Below, piece after piece: positions 37,466 through 50,409 of a DNA stretch of 64,000 bases. Position 1 is the first letter of the stretch. Each line of letters starts with the position of its first letter. This stretch comes from Haplodiscus bocki. Taxonomy: Eukaryota. The notes below the pieces were generated by a model that saw nothing but the letters and a program-made list of their open reading frames with translations, was not told the origin of the DNA and ran no database searches. Location: positions 6,014,001 through 6,078,000 of the forward strand of contig OZ296659.1 of NCBI GenBank assembly GCA_965655095.1, written 5' to 3'. The position numbers and the translations under genes are program-made.

Positions 37466-39957
37466 ATATGAAAAAGTATTTTTAGCTTGAATATATTTCA
37501 TTCATTCAAGATATTTTCTAATCTGATTGGTAAAATTTCATATCCATATTCCTTTTCAAAATAATCCCACTGTACATTATTGTTAAGATAACATCTTTTA
37601 TCATCAAATGTAATTAATGCTCTCTATGGTTGTTTTATCATGGAAATTTCAAGTTTTTAACTTCCAAAACAAAAATTAAATCCATACATTTTTTCATTTT
37701 TTTTCTAAACATTTTCTATTATGTTCTATTGTGTATTTCTTATAGGATTTTACTCCTTTGTGTTGTGTTTCAATTGATTTTGATGACTTTTTTTGAAATT
37801 ATAGAATTTACTCCTGAAAAACACTGCTTCATCCAATTCAATTTCATGAAGTGATTGGTTTTTCACTTTTGCTATTACTCTCATAATATCATTTGAATAG
37901 TTGATTTTGTGGAGTGGACCGGCCAAAACTTTCAAAAAGTCAAAACACGAGAGTTTTTCCAATATATTCAGTTTTACTTCAAGCAAAACCTATATGAATA
38001 ACTTTCCAGCAAGTGATCATTTAGTAGTTTAATATCTGAAATCAATGATTTTTTCCAAACGTCGGATTACTAAGCCGCCAGAACCTCCAAAACGCAGTTG
38101 TTTTTGATTCCCGATGATATTCAAACTCAGCAACCATAACTATTTGGCGAAACCAAAACTACCATAACTATTCGGCGGATTGCATCCAACAAGGTCTAAT
38201 CTGTGAGTGCAAACATCAGTTACTAAGAAAATTGAATTAAATTGTCATCAAGTTCGCCTGTTGACTGGTATCTTCGAACATCAGAATTGCTAGCATTTAA
38301 AAAAGTTGCTAATAAGCAAAACCATATCTCGAAAATTAGAATCATTTTTCACACCTTTACTGGCTTGAGTACATCAACCTTGGTCGCAATCTCCAGCTTT
38401 TTGCCTTCAAAAGAAGAAGCAATTAAAAAAATTTTTGAGGTGGATTCTAGGAATCGGCATCTCGACATGCCAAATTGCCAAGATTTGCCAATTATTATAG
38501 TGTTCCACCATCTTCCTTTGAAATTTTTGCCATGAGTACCGGTGACTTGTCTCGGTGAATCAACTGTTTTCTACGTGTCCAAATTTGAAAAAAAAGAATT
38601 CCCATTATCCACATTTTGCTGGAAAAATGTTTTTGCTACTGTTTATCGACAATCCCCAACTTGAATCTTTTGCCGTAACTACCATCAAGGCCCGATAGAG
38701 CTCAATTTGAACTTGCAGAAGTCTTCATTATAGAATCAATGCCGGTTTTTTTTGTGCATAGGTGTAATGTTTGGTTGAACATACCAAAAACTGTAACTAT
38801 TTTTACGAGTCTCAGGTGTCCAACACAAGTTAAATATCATATGCGAGCTTGATTCTTCTCTAAGAATCGGTACACAGCGTTCTACTTGGAAAGATGATTG
38901 AAAATAAATACTTCAATCTCGCATCCGATTCCTCGCATCTTATTCCTGATAAGCCCACAACACCAAAAATTGGATTTACTACAGATGCTCCACGATATCT
39001 TTTCTAATTTTCCACCCCAACTGGTGGTCTGGTTGCTTCCATAAATAAAAGTATGCATGAGCGGTTGCTTGTAAAAGGCATTCAAAAGAAAAATTAGAGG
39101 GAAGCCTATTAGCTGACAACGGCCAAAAGAACTGCAATTTCTAGATTTCTTGCCTCTAAAGACGCGTTTACCTGGTCTCCTACGCAAAATTATCTAATGC
39201 CTTTTCAATTACTTCCTCCTGCGCTAGGTTCATTCAAAAATTCGCAGTGCCACTGCGTTTCTGGAAACTTCTGAGTGGAAAACAAAGAAGTTCTTTGAAC
39301 TTCGATCGTTGTGAAGAGTTTAAAACTGAAGCGAAATTCCTCCGAAAACATGTTTCTTGTCAAGTTCTTTTTCAGAGCGTGTTTTTGCTTGAAAAAATTG
39401 TATCGAAAACAATCCCTACAAATTTTGTGTGGTCGAATAGTTATTAAAAAAGCCGAGAAGAAAGTATTGGGCCGAATCACTTTTTGAAAAACAACTAGTT
39501 TTCAATTCTTTCCGAGCAGCCCGATATTTATCGTACATTTCCAAAAATTTTCTTGGATGTCAATTTTATAAGCTATTGCTCAAAAAAGGGAGGAATAGTG
39601 TACGTAACAAATTAGTCTTTGGATGTGGACGATTGCCGGGAGATGAACGCATATGCTGCTAGAACAAGCAAAATAATATAGGATATTGCGGAGAATACCA
39701 GTAACTCTCGTTTCACTCGCGCCACTGATATAATCCGCAATACCCACGCTCGCTCGTTCGCATTGCTCACTCACCAACTCGTTCGTTTCAATCACATCGC
39801 CTCTCGCTTGAATTTTTGCTCGGCTACGCTTCGCCTGATCTTTCCTCAACCACATAAACTCATGAAAACTTGTATATATTTCCACATTTTATGGGAACAT
39901 AGAATTGATAAAAACTTTTCACGTTCGTTTCTTACGTTGAAGCGAGACTGAAAATTA

Positions 39958-40033
39958 CACTGAAAACGACACCACTGTGTACACTACAGTGTAAAAAATT
40001 GTGTAAATTACACTGAGAGTGTCGTTTTCAGTG
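39958..40033. mobile_element. 76-bp MITE-like element
   Basis: Perfect 15-bp TIR CACTGAAAACGACAC / GTGTCGTTTTCAGTG, flanked by TA on both sides. Confidence 0.65.
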
Positions 40034-40299
40034 TATAGTCCTTAGACTTGAATTAGATAATAATTTTTTCTTTCCTGATAGCATAGGTATTAAATCATGA
40101 AATTACATCAAATCCCAAGGTCTACTTTCAAGTAAAATTATAAGATTTTTTTTATTACACAGAATTCTTTCAAGATATCCTTTATTTCTTTGTCCATGTA
40201 AAATGCACTTTTTAGATTTATCTTTATTTTAACTTGTCTAGTGTTTTCAAATTTTTCTTTTACTTTTACAACCATTTATAAGTTAACAAATCTGTTTAA

Positions 40300-43200
40300 G
40301 TGATTATATACTTAGGAAGCATATGACCAAATTCATTAGGAGCTTCTCGTTTTAGTTCATTTATCTTTGCTGAGAATTCTTTCTTTTGATTTAGCATTTA
40401 TCACAATTATTACACAAAACATCTTTGTTACAATCAGTACAGTTTTTCTTTTAATGTGGAATTACAACGCCTATACTAAATGTTTTTTTCCAACTCAAAG
40501 GAACTCTAGCTATTAACTTACCACCATCTGCCAAATTAAACTATTCCTTTCTATCTAAATTATCACTCACATTTGTAGATCCTCTGAAGTTTTATCTTCA
40601 TCTATTATACCAAAGTTGTTTATAGTTGAACAATATATTATTTTCGATGCTGAAAAGAGATCATACCAAATGCCTCCTTCTTTGTAATCGTCTTCACTTT
40701 GTAACCTAAATTTATCAACTAATCCAGCTTTATCTAACTTGTCCCAATGTTTGTTTTCAAAATATAAACTATCTTTATCAGTACAATAAACATCATTGGT
40801 GTAAAATCCATTGATTGCGTGTATAAAATTATTCATGATTCGTTGGCTATCTGATAATACGAAAACGCCCAAGTGGAGAGGCATGGTGTTACTTTTTTCT
40901 ACTTCATCTTCTAATCCAGCATCATCTTTCATTTTTACAATATAATTTCCATGATTATTTTTTTGATAATCCAAAACTCGTTCATCATATTCTGTCATCA
41001 TCCAATTTTCAGATTTACATTCATAACTGTCAGTGATATCTTTGCGTATCTGTTCTCCGTATAAACTATTCAGATTTAATTTACCTAACAATTGCATAAC
41101 ATCATTATTTTCATCTTTATACTTTTGTCGTACTTCAAATAATTTATCAATTACTTTTTTGAAAGGAGACACTTTAAAGTTTTCTCGATAAATAACATTT
41201 TCATAAATTTCAATTACTTTACCACCAATTTTAACAATCTCTTGTATATCAAACAGAAGTTAAAGTGTCTAGAATTCAACCATTACACATACGATTAATT
41301 TCACATTTTTCCCCTTTTTCAACAGGAAGATTTCGAAAGATTATTTTTTTTTGGTTTATAAAAGTTGATTTTCAAAAATGCACTTCCTTGGTGAGGAGTT
41401 TGATTATTGAATTTTTGAACCAGTTCATCATGCATATCTTTTGTATGAGCATACCGGGTCTCTATTCTTGGATAAACAATCTTTTCATCTGACATTGCAC
41501 TTGGATATACACTATTAGCGTCAAAAACCCACAAAGAATCATTCTAATTTAATTGTTTTATTATTTGATGAATTGGAAGTTCACCTAAATTTTTATTGAT
41601 ATATTCATTAATTTCATCTTTTTTTATTTTTCTTTAATCAACAAATTTAATTTCGTATACTTCATTAATAATTTTTAAATGATCATTTTTTATATTTCAT
41701 ATAAGCTTAATTAAAATCATTAACACTTTCCTCCACTTTTATTTCTCGTGATATGGTTTTTAAAACATCACCAAAAGTTTTTGATTTATAAGATTGACTG
41801 AAACTACAAACCCGTCCATCTTTAATACTTACTCTTACGAAATGTATCATGTATTTGTCACTACATGTGTAAATTGGTTCGTCTTCTTCTGTTCTTAAAC
41901 TATTAAAATGTTTCCACCCTAATCCGGGCGCTGACAAAGTATCTTTCATTGAAAATCCAGTATTTTTTTCGATAGCTTTACAGTATCTGGCATAACTAAA
42001 AGCAGTACATGACGCATCTTGTTTAATATAATCCAACCATTCATCTTTTTCAACTTTGTAATTATTACAATCTACTTCATCGTGATTCATTTCAGTTTTT
42101 AACGATTCTTTTTGTAATTCGAAAGTTCTTCCTAATTTTTTCAACGAAGAGTTCAAATGCGTCATACCACATCTAAAATGAAGAGATTGCGGAATTTGTT
42201 TATTTCCAATATAACCGTTGATTACTTTAAGTTCGATTATACCCTTACCGTTTTTGATTATGTTAACAATTCTCTTATCACATGGTAGAATATAAAAAAC
42301 TATGCAAGTATCGAAACCAGATCCATTATGAGCTTGTAGTTGTAAATTCTTTTCAAGATTTTTACTTTTTTAAACTTTCTTTCTTCACGTTTCAACTTTA
42401 AACATAAATCTCATGCATTGTTAACACAACTATCTACATCAAACGCAATAGTATTATTTTATACTTTTCTGTTTCATATGGCGTTAAATCGCAGTTATAT
42501 CTCCCAGCTAATTTCCTCAATCTATAAAAACAAATGACATAAGGTCTTGCTCTATCAGTATTATGTGTTCCTAATTCATATGTGATAAAATTAGTCAAAT
42601 GTGATTCAAATTCTTTAGAAGTGTATATATATTCAAAGTGAGAAATGAGGTTTTTTTTCTGTTGTGAAATTATCAACTATTTCAAAATTATCTTTTAATT
42701 CTTTGAAAGTTTGATTAAAACTAACATTTTCAGATTTCCATATTAAAGAAAAACGATTTATGTACAAAAACATAGCATTATTTCTACCTGTAGCTGATCT
42801 AAGAAAAACTCATGTTCCATCAACATATCCAAATTAATTTTATTTACTCTACAAAATCGTTGAATTCTACCTTTAGTCATATTATTTGATCATCTTTTTT
42901 CATTTCTGATAAAGTCTAGATTCTGTTGTTTGTAATCCTCACCTGTTATGAAATTAAAACGTTTGATAAAACAAAATCCTTTCGTTGGTATAAAAAATTA
43001 TTACCTCGATATTCAAAAATTTCATGCTTAAAATCACAACCATTGCCATATTGCCTTTTTTTAACGAAGTTGAATTGTGGAGTGTTGAGTTCATAAAAAT
43101 AACCATTGAAACTACTCTCTACTGCACCATATCCTTAACCGATAGAATTGATATAAGCTTCATAATCAGTAATATTTCTAAATCTAAATGAGTCGGTCGA

Positions 43201-43470
43201 ATTTGATCACCGACTGATAATTTTCCAACCATTTCAAATTCAACAGCATAGACCCCTAATATTTTTTATTTAACCTCATGTAAATTTTTATCAACAACTT
43301 GAATTTTATATAACTCTTTCAAAGCATTTTGTAATTTCTCAGGATTAACAGCATTTTTGATTTTCACCAATTCATTTTCTAATTGCTTAATTTTATCATT
43401 TTTCTTAATTTTCTTTTTCTTCTTTGTTTTGATTTTATTTAAAAATGATCTCATTGTACCATTCATTTTA
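40300..43470 (-). pseudogene. polB: Protein-primed family B DNA polymerase (copy 1)
   Basis: ExoI YELGTH, ExoII AHNGSGFD, ExoIII YIKQD, motif A FDANSVYPSAM, motif B KLNLNSLYG, motif C CTDKDS. Confidence 0.93.
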
Positions 43471-43919
43471 ATTTTTCTTTCAATTCTTCTTTTTCTTTCT
43501 CGTCATAAAATTTTTTTCTCGTTATTCATTATCATCTTTAATTATAAAGAAAAATTTTTTTGAAATGATTTACCTAAGATCTCAAATTTCTCTACCTTAA
43601 CATCACAATATCATCTTCAATTCCAATATGAGGATTCAGAGATATGAAATCATTCAAATTAATGAAATCATTTTCATTTTTATCAATTTTTATTTCACAA
43701 TTCTTTTATCGTCTCTGTTTTCAATCACAGTAAAAAAGAAATCATAATATTCAATATTCATATTCCTAACTTGAGGTTCAGTCTGTAGAAGTTTCCTTAA
43801 TAAAATTACTTCATGATAAATTTTACTAAAACCTAGAGCATTTTTACAAGAAGGATTTTCTTCAAATTTAAAATTTCTAATATTCATCTCTTAATAATAA
43901 TTACTTAATTTTTTTACAA

Positions 43920-44432
43920 AATTTCAATTATGTTTCTCCTTTTAAACATTGTAAGCTACTATTCATATCCTCTGATGAATTCTAAGTAGTTTTAACCATG
44001 TTCGTCCAAGCTTCTCTAATCTTTTTAGTAGCATATGTTATTCTAGTTAAAAAATAATGATGTTGTCTACAAACTTTTTTTTTCTATTTGATGCTTCTGC
44101 TTATTAATAATATATTCACAATTCTGGCAATAGTAACATTTATCAATTTCTTACCAAGTATTTTGTTTGCAGGAAGGACAGTTTGGTGGATTAAATTTTG
44201 GTTGTTGTTTAATTGGTTGTTTACTTTTAGGATAATTCTTAACTACTAACACATCATCATCTTTCTTCATGACTTTTTGATTCTTCCTTAACTGTGTTCC
44301 ATTTTGAACTTGATATTGAGTTCTCAGAGATTTTGGTTTATCTCGGAGTCCTAATAAAATATTTTCAGTTGGATGATATCCGTAACGATGACCTTTTACT
44401 TCTACGTAATAATTACCATTAGGATGTTTCAT
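43920..44432 (-). pseudogene. Zinc-ribbon protein (copy at ~54100-54607)
   Basis: CPSC...CYYCQNC cysteine pairs. Confidence 0.5.
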
Positions 44433-44940
44433 TTAGACAACTCAAAATACTCACCATCAAATCATAATAGTTTATTTTTTCATAAATTGGTCGATCGTAA
44501 TAAGATATCCATTTCGTTAATCTAATACTATCATATCCAACTTTATATACACTTCTTGGTGTTCTTGAATAATATTCTTGTTCAAAGTCAGGATTGTCTT
44601 TCAAATCTTTTGCATTTTTCAATTGAGATATTGTTTTTTTTTTCAATTTTTTATTTTTTAATGTGGATAAAAGTTCAAATATTTTATCAAAATCATCACC
44701 TTCAAAGTTATGTATACATCTGCGCAAATGCAAAATATTTTGTGTTCCGCATATTTTAATCGATTCACAAAATTTATTTTTTTTTCGTTGAGTTTTAGAG
44801 AGTTTGTTTTTTCTGTTGATTAAGTTATATCCACAACCAAAACAAATCCATACATATTCAGAAAGAAGTAATATGTTTCGGGAGCAATGTCCGCAATGTT
44901 TAGCATATTTTTTAACAATTTGATCTTCAGTCAATTCCAT
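44419..44940 (-). pseudogene. Zinc-ribbon protein (copy at ~54595-55113)
   Basis: CGHC-x13-CFGC at the N-terminus. Frameshifted relative to its copy. Confidence 0.55.
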
Positions 44941-45032
44941 TTAATATTTAATATACTATTGAATTAAATTTTATTCTTTCATAACTTGAATATCTTCTCG
45001 TAAGGATAATTTTGATGGTAGTGTTAGGTTTT

Positions 45033-45808
45033 AATTATATCTTTCAGGTAAATTATTTATTCTACAGCTCGCTATACTATCATAAACAATTTCATTTATT
45101 GTATAAAGCTTATAGCTATAGTTTGTGCTATCTCCTTTGCCGAAGACCCCTTTAATATCAGCTGTACGAACTAGTTGTCCTAAATTCAATTTTGGTTGTT
45201 GTCTAACTCTTCGATCTTGGAGAAATGAATGGACTTCTTTTTCATTTGATTGTTTTTTAGCTTGAACTGGAACATTTTTATTGAGCTGTGGATTGTATTG
45301 TTCAATTTCCTAACGAGAGATGGAAGTTCGCATAACCAATCAGCATTTCCTTTTAAAGAGATTGGTTTCTCTAATATATTACGTACAAATTTAATGACTT
45401 TTTCGGCAATCGATGGTCCTCTGTCTATGAATCTTGAATAATGGTGACTGTTTTTACTTTACAAGAAGTCCTGAAATACAGAATTATAAAATTAGTGTCC
45501 TCAATCGCCTTCGATTTTTACTGGTGATCGTTTTGATGTTGATAGAATTTTTGAAAACTCATTTGTTCTTATCTGTGAGTTCTTTTAATAGGTGTGGCCC
45601 ACAAATGATTTGAAAAATTGTCAAATATATTGAATATATACCTAAATCCTTCATTATTTGAATTTTTGTAATCGATCATGTCAGACAAATCAATACTCCA
45701 TATTTCATCACTTTGATTTTATATTACTTTATTAGTTGGATAATTTCTCATTGGAGGTTTTCTATAAATTTCATCAATAGGAATCCTGATTTGGTCCCTC
45801 TTAATCAT
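45033..45808 (-). pseudogene. Polinton rve integrase (copy 1)
   Basis: WSIDLSDMIDY...DNFS, IEGD, GPSIAEKVIK, NNTIHSS, FGKGDSTNYSYKLYTI. Confidence 0.9.
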
Positions 45809-45824
45809 TTAATATTAAAAACTA

Positions 45825-46467
45825 TTTAGTTTTCACTTCTTGACAAAGATATAGATAGTGATCAACCTTAGCCTTATTCGAGTTGTTTCCATTAGAAGAC
45901 ATAGGTCTAAGAATAATTCAATTGAAACATTTCTCCAATTCGTTTTCAGCTTACAAGTTGAATGTTGCTATTGGAAGACAATGATCGATTTGCCATACGG
46001 AACCATAATTATCAAAAGCCATCTTACCATATAGTTAATAAAGTATCCATCTTTTGAAAAACGAATGAGAACAACCTATAAAATCAATTATTTTATGTTT
46101 TCATAACATTCTGAGATTTGAATGCTGATGATGATCTTGATCGTAAATTACAAGCTATTTTGAAGTTTAAATCTGATTCTTTCCTGTTTTTAACATATTC
46201 ATTTGTCTTTTCCCTAATATCACAACGATAACTTTCAATTTTATCTAGATTTTCAAATCTATATATTTCTTCGCCTATTAATCTCTAAATCATAATGTTC
46301 ATTATAATACTTTTTCTATAAAGTTCTCAACAAAGTTAGCAATGTGGTGTTAACCCATCATACTTTTTTATATCTCTGAAAAAATTCCTTTTTATTGAAA
46401 TAATTCCACATTGAGAACACTTTTTAAACAAATTATAACCAAATAAGTCTTTAATACATCTACTCAT
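45825..46467 (-). pseudogene. HNH endonuclease with N-terminal zinc ribbon (copy 1)
   Basis: My translation: KKCSQCG...PHC*LC, then DNYGSVWQIDHCLPIATFNL*AENELEKCFN*IILRPMSSNGNNSNK. Confidence 0.72.
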
Positions 46468-46495
46468 TTAAATTGTAGACTATCTTTCAAATGAT

Positions 46496-46830
46496 TTACA
46501 TTACTTTCCGTCTTAAACCTTTCCGATGCATGTCAGTTAAACTCAAAATTTCAGCACCTGTTAATGTTTCCATAAGGTTACTCGTTTTTTGTGCTGATTG
46601 AGGACCCATTGTTTTTGCAGCCACAGCGGCTGATATAAGCAGTGTTGCCATTTTTGAACCTGGTTTAATAAAACTAACCCAAGCTTTTCTTGTTCCTCTG
46701 AAAATTGATTTTAATTTACTCTTTATTGATCCACCATCGAGCATATATTGATGTGGTGTAAAAGTGATTATCTTCTGACAATTTTATTTAGGATTAGGGC
46801 ATTTATCATGTAGTTTCAAATTATCACCTT
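46496..46830 (-). pseudogene. Basic amphipathic virion core protein candidate (copy at 56671-~57000)
   Basis: MLDGG|SIKSKLKSIFRGTRKAWVSFIKPG matches the adenain site (M/L/I)xGG|X, followed by an amphipathic helix. Confidence 0.55.
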
Positions 46831-47199
46831 TACTATTTAAATCACAAAATGCCAAATTTCACATAGATGAACAAGGATTTTTCTTGCATCTTTCTTTTTT
46901 AATAAAATCCTCTCCTTTACTCTTTTACTTAGTAAAAATTTGAGATTTGTTTCGTTCACACGTATTATATAAACCTTTTTTAGTTTTAACAAGTTTTCTT
47001 GTTTTAGAATTAACTTTTTCATCCACATTTTGAGTAATTGATTCACTATAATGTCATCCACCAACACGCCAAGTCTTCGTCATATATTACTTGAAAATTT
47101 ATGCATAGTAAGGAGGAGCACTCAGTTGATAATCAATATTTTTGTCTTTCTTGGTTTAAAAAAATTTATCTTTTACTTAAATTAATATCCACAATTTTT

Positions 47200-47780
47200 T
47201 GGTTAAAAAAATAATTAAGTTAAGTAATTTGTTCTGGTAAAATAGAACCTATACTTATTACGTCACCAAAAATATCTTCGACTTTAAACTGAGTATTTTT
47301 CATAATTTCAGATCTTTTATCAAGGTAGTGATTATAATTCTTTTTTAATTCCTCGGCTTCTTTCCGATCAACTTTCTTATGGAAACCATGGAAGTTTTCA
47401 AAGTCTTTTAGTATAACAAAGTAAATACATTAACACAATCTCCTAAAGTTGTTTATCTCATCTTTAATTTTGAGATGCCTTCATTCGAGATTAACATAGC
47501 GATACTAGTTAACAAAGCAGTACTAGATAGTTTAAAAATACCAACACTTGGATTAATAATTGATAATGTAGAACTAGTTATAGTACTTCCGGATCCGATT
47601 AGAATTTCAGTTATAATTAATAATACTTTCTTTTTATTTAAACATTTATATCTCTTTTATAATATTCGTTATCTACTTTGAGAGATTTTAAAATATTTTC
47701 AAGATCGTGCTTCTCCGTTCTATGTTTTGAATCTTTAATTTTTTCATCTTTAGTTTTTATATTTAACATTTTTGCTTCTT
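47200..47780 (-). pseudogene. Coiled-coil + hydrophobic-hairpin protein (copy at ~57375-57955)
   Basis: Minus strand reads KCLNKKKVLLIITEILIGSGSTITSSTLSIINPSVGIFKLSSTALLTSIAMLI. Confidence 0.55.
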
Positions 47781-47808
47781 TATTCAATTTGGGATATGGA
47801 CGCATTTA

Positions 47809-48027
47809 TTAATTAGAAAATTGTTTTTCTAAAAGTTCCACCGCGACATGCTCTTTCAAAATTCTCTGTCTATGTGATTCTTCTAGAGCAAGATTCTTTA
47901 TTATAATTATTTCATGATCAGTAAAATTGGTTTGTTTTAATATATCTGGATCTGTTAGTGGTAATAGTAGAATTAAACTTCGTTCGTATCGTATAACTTC
48001 AAACTTTGTATCAGAATATTGTTCCAT
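47809..48027 (-). CDS. Small hypothetical Polinton protein (copy at 57983-58201)
   Basis: Open 72-aa ORF in both copies, on the element's sense strand. Confidence 0.45.
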   Translation of the reverse strand: MEQYSDTKFEVIRYERSLILLLPLTDPDILKQTNFTDHEIIIIKNLALEESHRQRILKEHVAVELLEKQFSN

Positions 48028-48118
48028 TTACTTTTTCAAAACTGTTAACAATAAACATATCATTTTCCATTTAACTTATCGAAATTGTCAGCAATAAACG
48101 ATTAATATCATTTTCCGT

Positions 48119-48361
48119 TTACTCATTCAAGATCTTTTCTAAAACAGATTCTTCTTCTTTTTTATCATAACTACAATATTCTTCGTTTTGTTCTAATATT
48201 ATGTTTCTAAAATCTAAGCTTAGACGTTCAATATCACTTTTCAGAAACCCACATTCTTGTAAAAAATCAACATCATTTTTAATGAAATACATTAGTAAGT
48301 CTATTTTTCTATAATCAGGGATTGATTTGAATAAATCTTCAAAATAATTTATGTTACCCAT
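48119..48361 (-). CDS. Small acidic hypothetical Polinton protein (copy at 58293-58535)
   Basis: Open 80-aa ORF in both diverged copies. Confidence 0.55.
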   Translation of the reverse strand: MGNINYFEDLFKSIPDYRKIDLLMYFIKNDVDFLQECGFLKSDIERLSLDFRNIILEQNEEYCSYDKKEEESVLEKILNE

Positions 48362-48381
48362 TTAATATATAGATACTTACA

Positions 48382-48387
<6 letters not shown>

Positions 48388-48446
<59 letters not shown>
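48388..48446. repeat. (TA)~29 microsatellite
   Basis: Read directly from the sequence. Confidence 0.97.
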
Positions 48447-48449
<3 letters not shown>

Positions 48450-48546
48450 AGTACTGTTCTTGGTTATATGAGTGTTTCATACGATTATATTTGTACTTAT
48501 ACTAAAGATATATTTACAAATAAGTGAGTTTTTTAAAATGTGTTTT

Positions 48547-50154
48547 TAATATACAGAATGTGTGATCGCAATAGTACTAAAGCACATATTGGCATGAGCA
48601 CTATCCATCTAATCATAAATTAATCTGACACCATAATTTTCTAAAATAAAATTTCAACTAAGAAGGGTCCAACTTGTTGAAAGGTCACTATATCGATCAT
48701 TTTTGGGAATATTTATCGAGTACTCCATGTGTTGTTTTTGAGTAATAGTTGATTTCTAAAGCGACCCATTGATTTCAAGGAATCATTAGTTAAAATTGAA
48801 AATCTGTTATAATAGAATGTTATGTTATAAATTTGTACGACATCTGTTTTTTTCGAAGCTGATAAAAACATTGTTACCATGACTATTAGATGAAAGCTCT
48901 ATATAAATAAACTATCACCGATTAGTGGTAGACTAGTTACTCCTGATTGACTAGTTGGGCTGTTTGATTTCGTTGCCCGTATGAAGTTTGTTGTTTTACC
49001 ATTATTATTATTATCATTACAAATTACTGTCCATCTAGGTAAGAGATAAGCGCCGTTGCCTGGTTTGATAAATGTAGTATCTGTATTTTGTATTTGATGA
49101 TGTATAGTCAAAATATAAGTATCATTTCCGACACGGATTTTGAGATAGTTTTCTAATGTTTGATTGAATGTTACTATTGTACCTTCTTCTATTGAATCAT
49201 CAACAAATTTTTTGTTTGCCAATTCGTTGTCTGAAGTAGGGTTTCTATTAACTGAAACACTATCTAAATTAGTTGATTGATTATCATCAAATTCATTATC
49301 TTGATCATTAAACACTGATGATACGTCACGTCTATTTCTACTGCTTTCATGTAAGCTATCAACATATGATTTGGTAGGTAATTCTATTATAGTCTTCGGT
49401 GATGTTGAAGTAGAATTAAGAACTATAGGTTCTTGATTATGTAGTCCAAAATTTTTCATCAGGATCTAATCTCAACAATGATATTCATACACATTTTAAA
49501 AAACAGCTCCATCGACATATTGTTTGGGTGTAAGATGTTCTCGAACTGCTGGCATGCTGTTTACTTTAACAAACCTAACGTAATTGAGATTTTTATCATT
49601 GAAGTCAACAAGTGTGTTGTTTCTAAGGTTACTAGGATCATTTAATCTTCTATCAACATATGATTTTGTAGGTAATTTTTTTATTGTCTTTGGTAATGTT
49701 AAAGAAGAACTAGGAACTAGATAATTCTGTTCATTTAATTTTAATTTTTCATCAAGATCTAATCTCAAAATGATGAATCATCTAAACCTTCAGATATAGT
49801 TTGATTGACATAAATTTTTCGTGTTAAATGTTCTTCAAGTGTGGGGATTGAGTTTATTTTGATCGAGTGAACATTATCGAGACTTTTCTCATTAAAATCA
49901 ACTTGAGTGGTGTTTTTTGTTACACTAGGATCGATAAAATTACTATCAACATAATTTTTTGATGCTGCTTCTTTAATACTAATAGGATCAAGTAAATTTG
50001 TGAATTTGTATTTATTTTTTAAATCAAAATCTTCCTCAATATTACTTTCTATATAATTAGTTCTCAGATAAGGTTTTTGTACAAATATACTTGTATCAAT
50101 ATTATTACCTTTATCATATGAGGAAGAACTGTTATCAAAAACATTTATCGGCCT
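48547..50154 (-). pseudogene. Fibre-like repeat protein (copy 1)
   Basis: Repeats ending in K-x-Y/F-VD (AASKNYVD, PTKSYVD x2, LTPKQYVD, LANKKFVD), followed by a non-repetitive C-terminal domain. Confidence 0.6.
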
Positions 50155-50409
50155 TTAGGTTTATAAAATTGACTCAAGTCGATGTTCTATTCAATGTTAC
50201 CTTCGATAATAGTTCATATTGTTTAGTTACACTTAATCAAATATGAATAAAATTGTAATCATTATTGTACATGTATGATTAAGTTATCTTATTTATAAAT
50301 ATTATCTATCAATTAAGTATAATTACTCCTATTCATATTATAACTATTATTATAACTGTACAAATACTTTCTTGTTCCGAAAACAAGTTATTAGAAATTT
50401 TTTGTATAC

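Larger units (their letters stand above)
28900..38080. mobile_element. Heavily decayed Polinton/Maverick (adintovirus-like) element 1
   Basis: MCP, A32-like ATPase, penton and rve integrase remnants in a convergent arrangement. No TIR, pPolB or protease recognised. Confidence 0.8.

Noticed and set aside
28600-38230. Terminal inverted repeats for Polinton 1
   Set aside because: I could not match 28.6-28.8 kb to the reverse complement of 38.1-38.2 kb. Only a short direct repeat (accataactattYggcg, twice at ~38133 and 38161) is present.
47475-47681. Plus-strand 68-aa ORF identical to 57649-57855
   Set aside because: Shadow of the minus-strand hydrophobic gene. The identity reflects the near-identical DNA tract, not selection.
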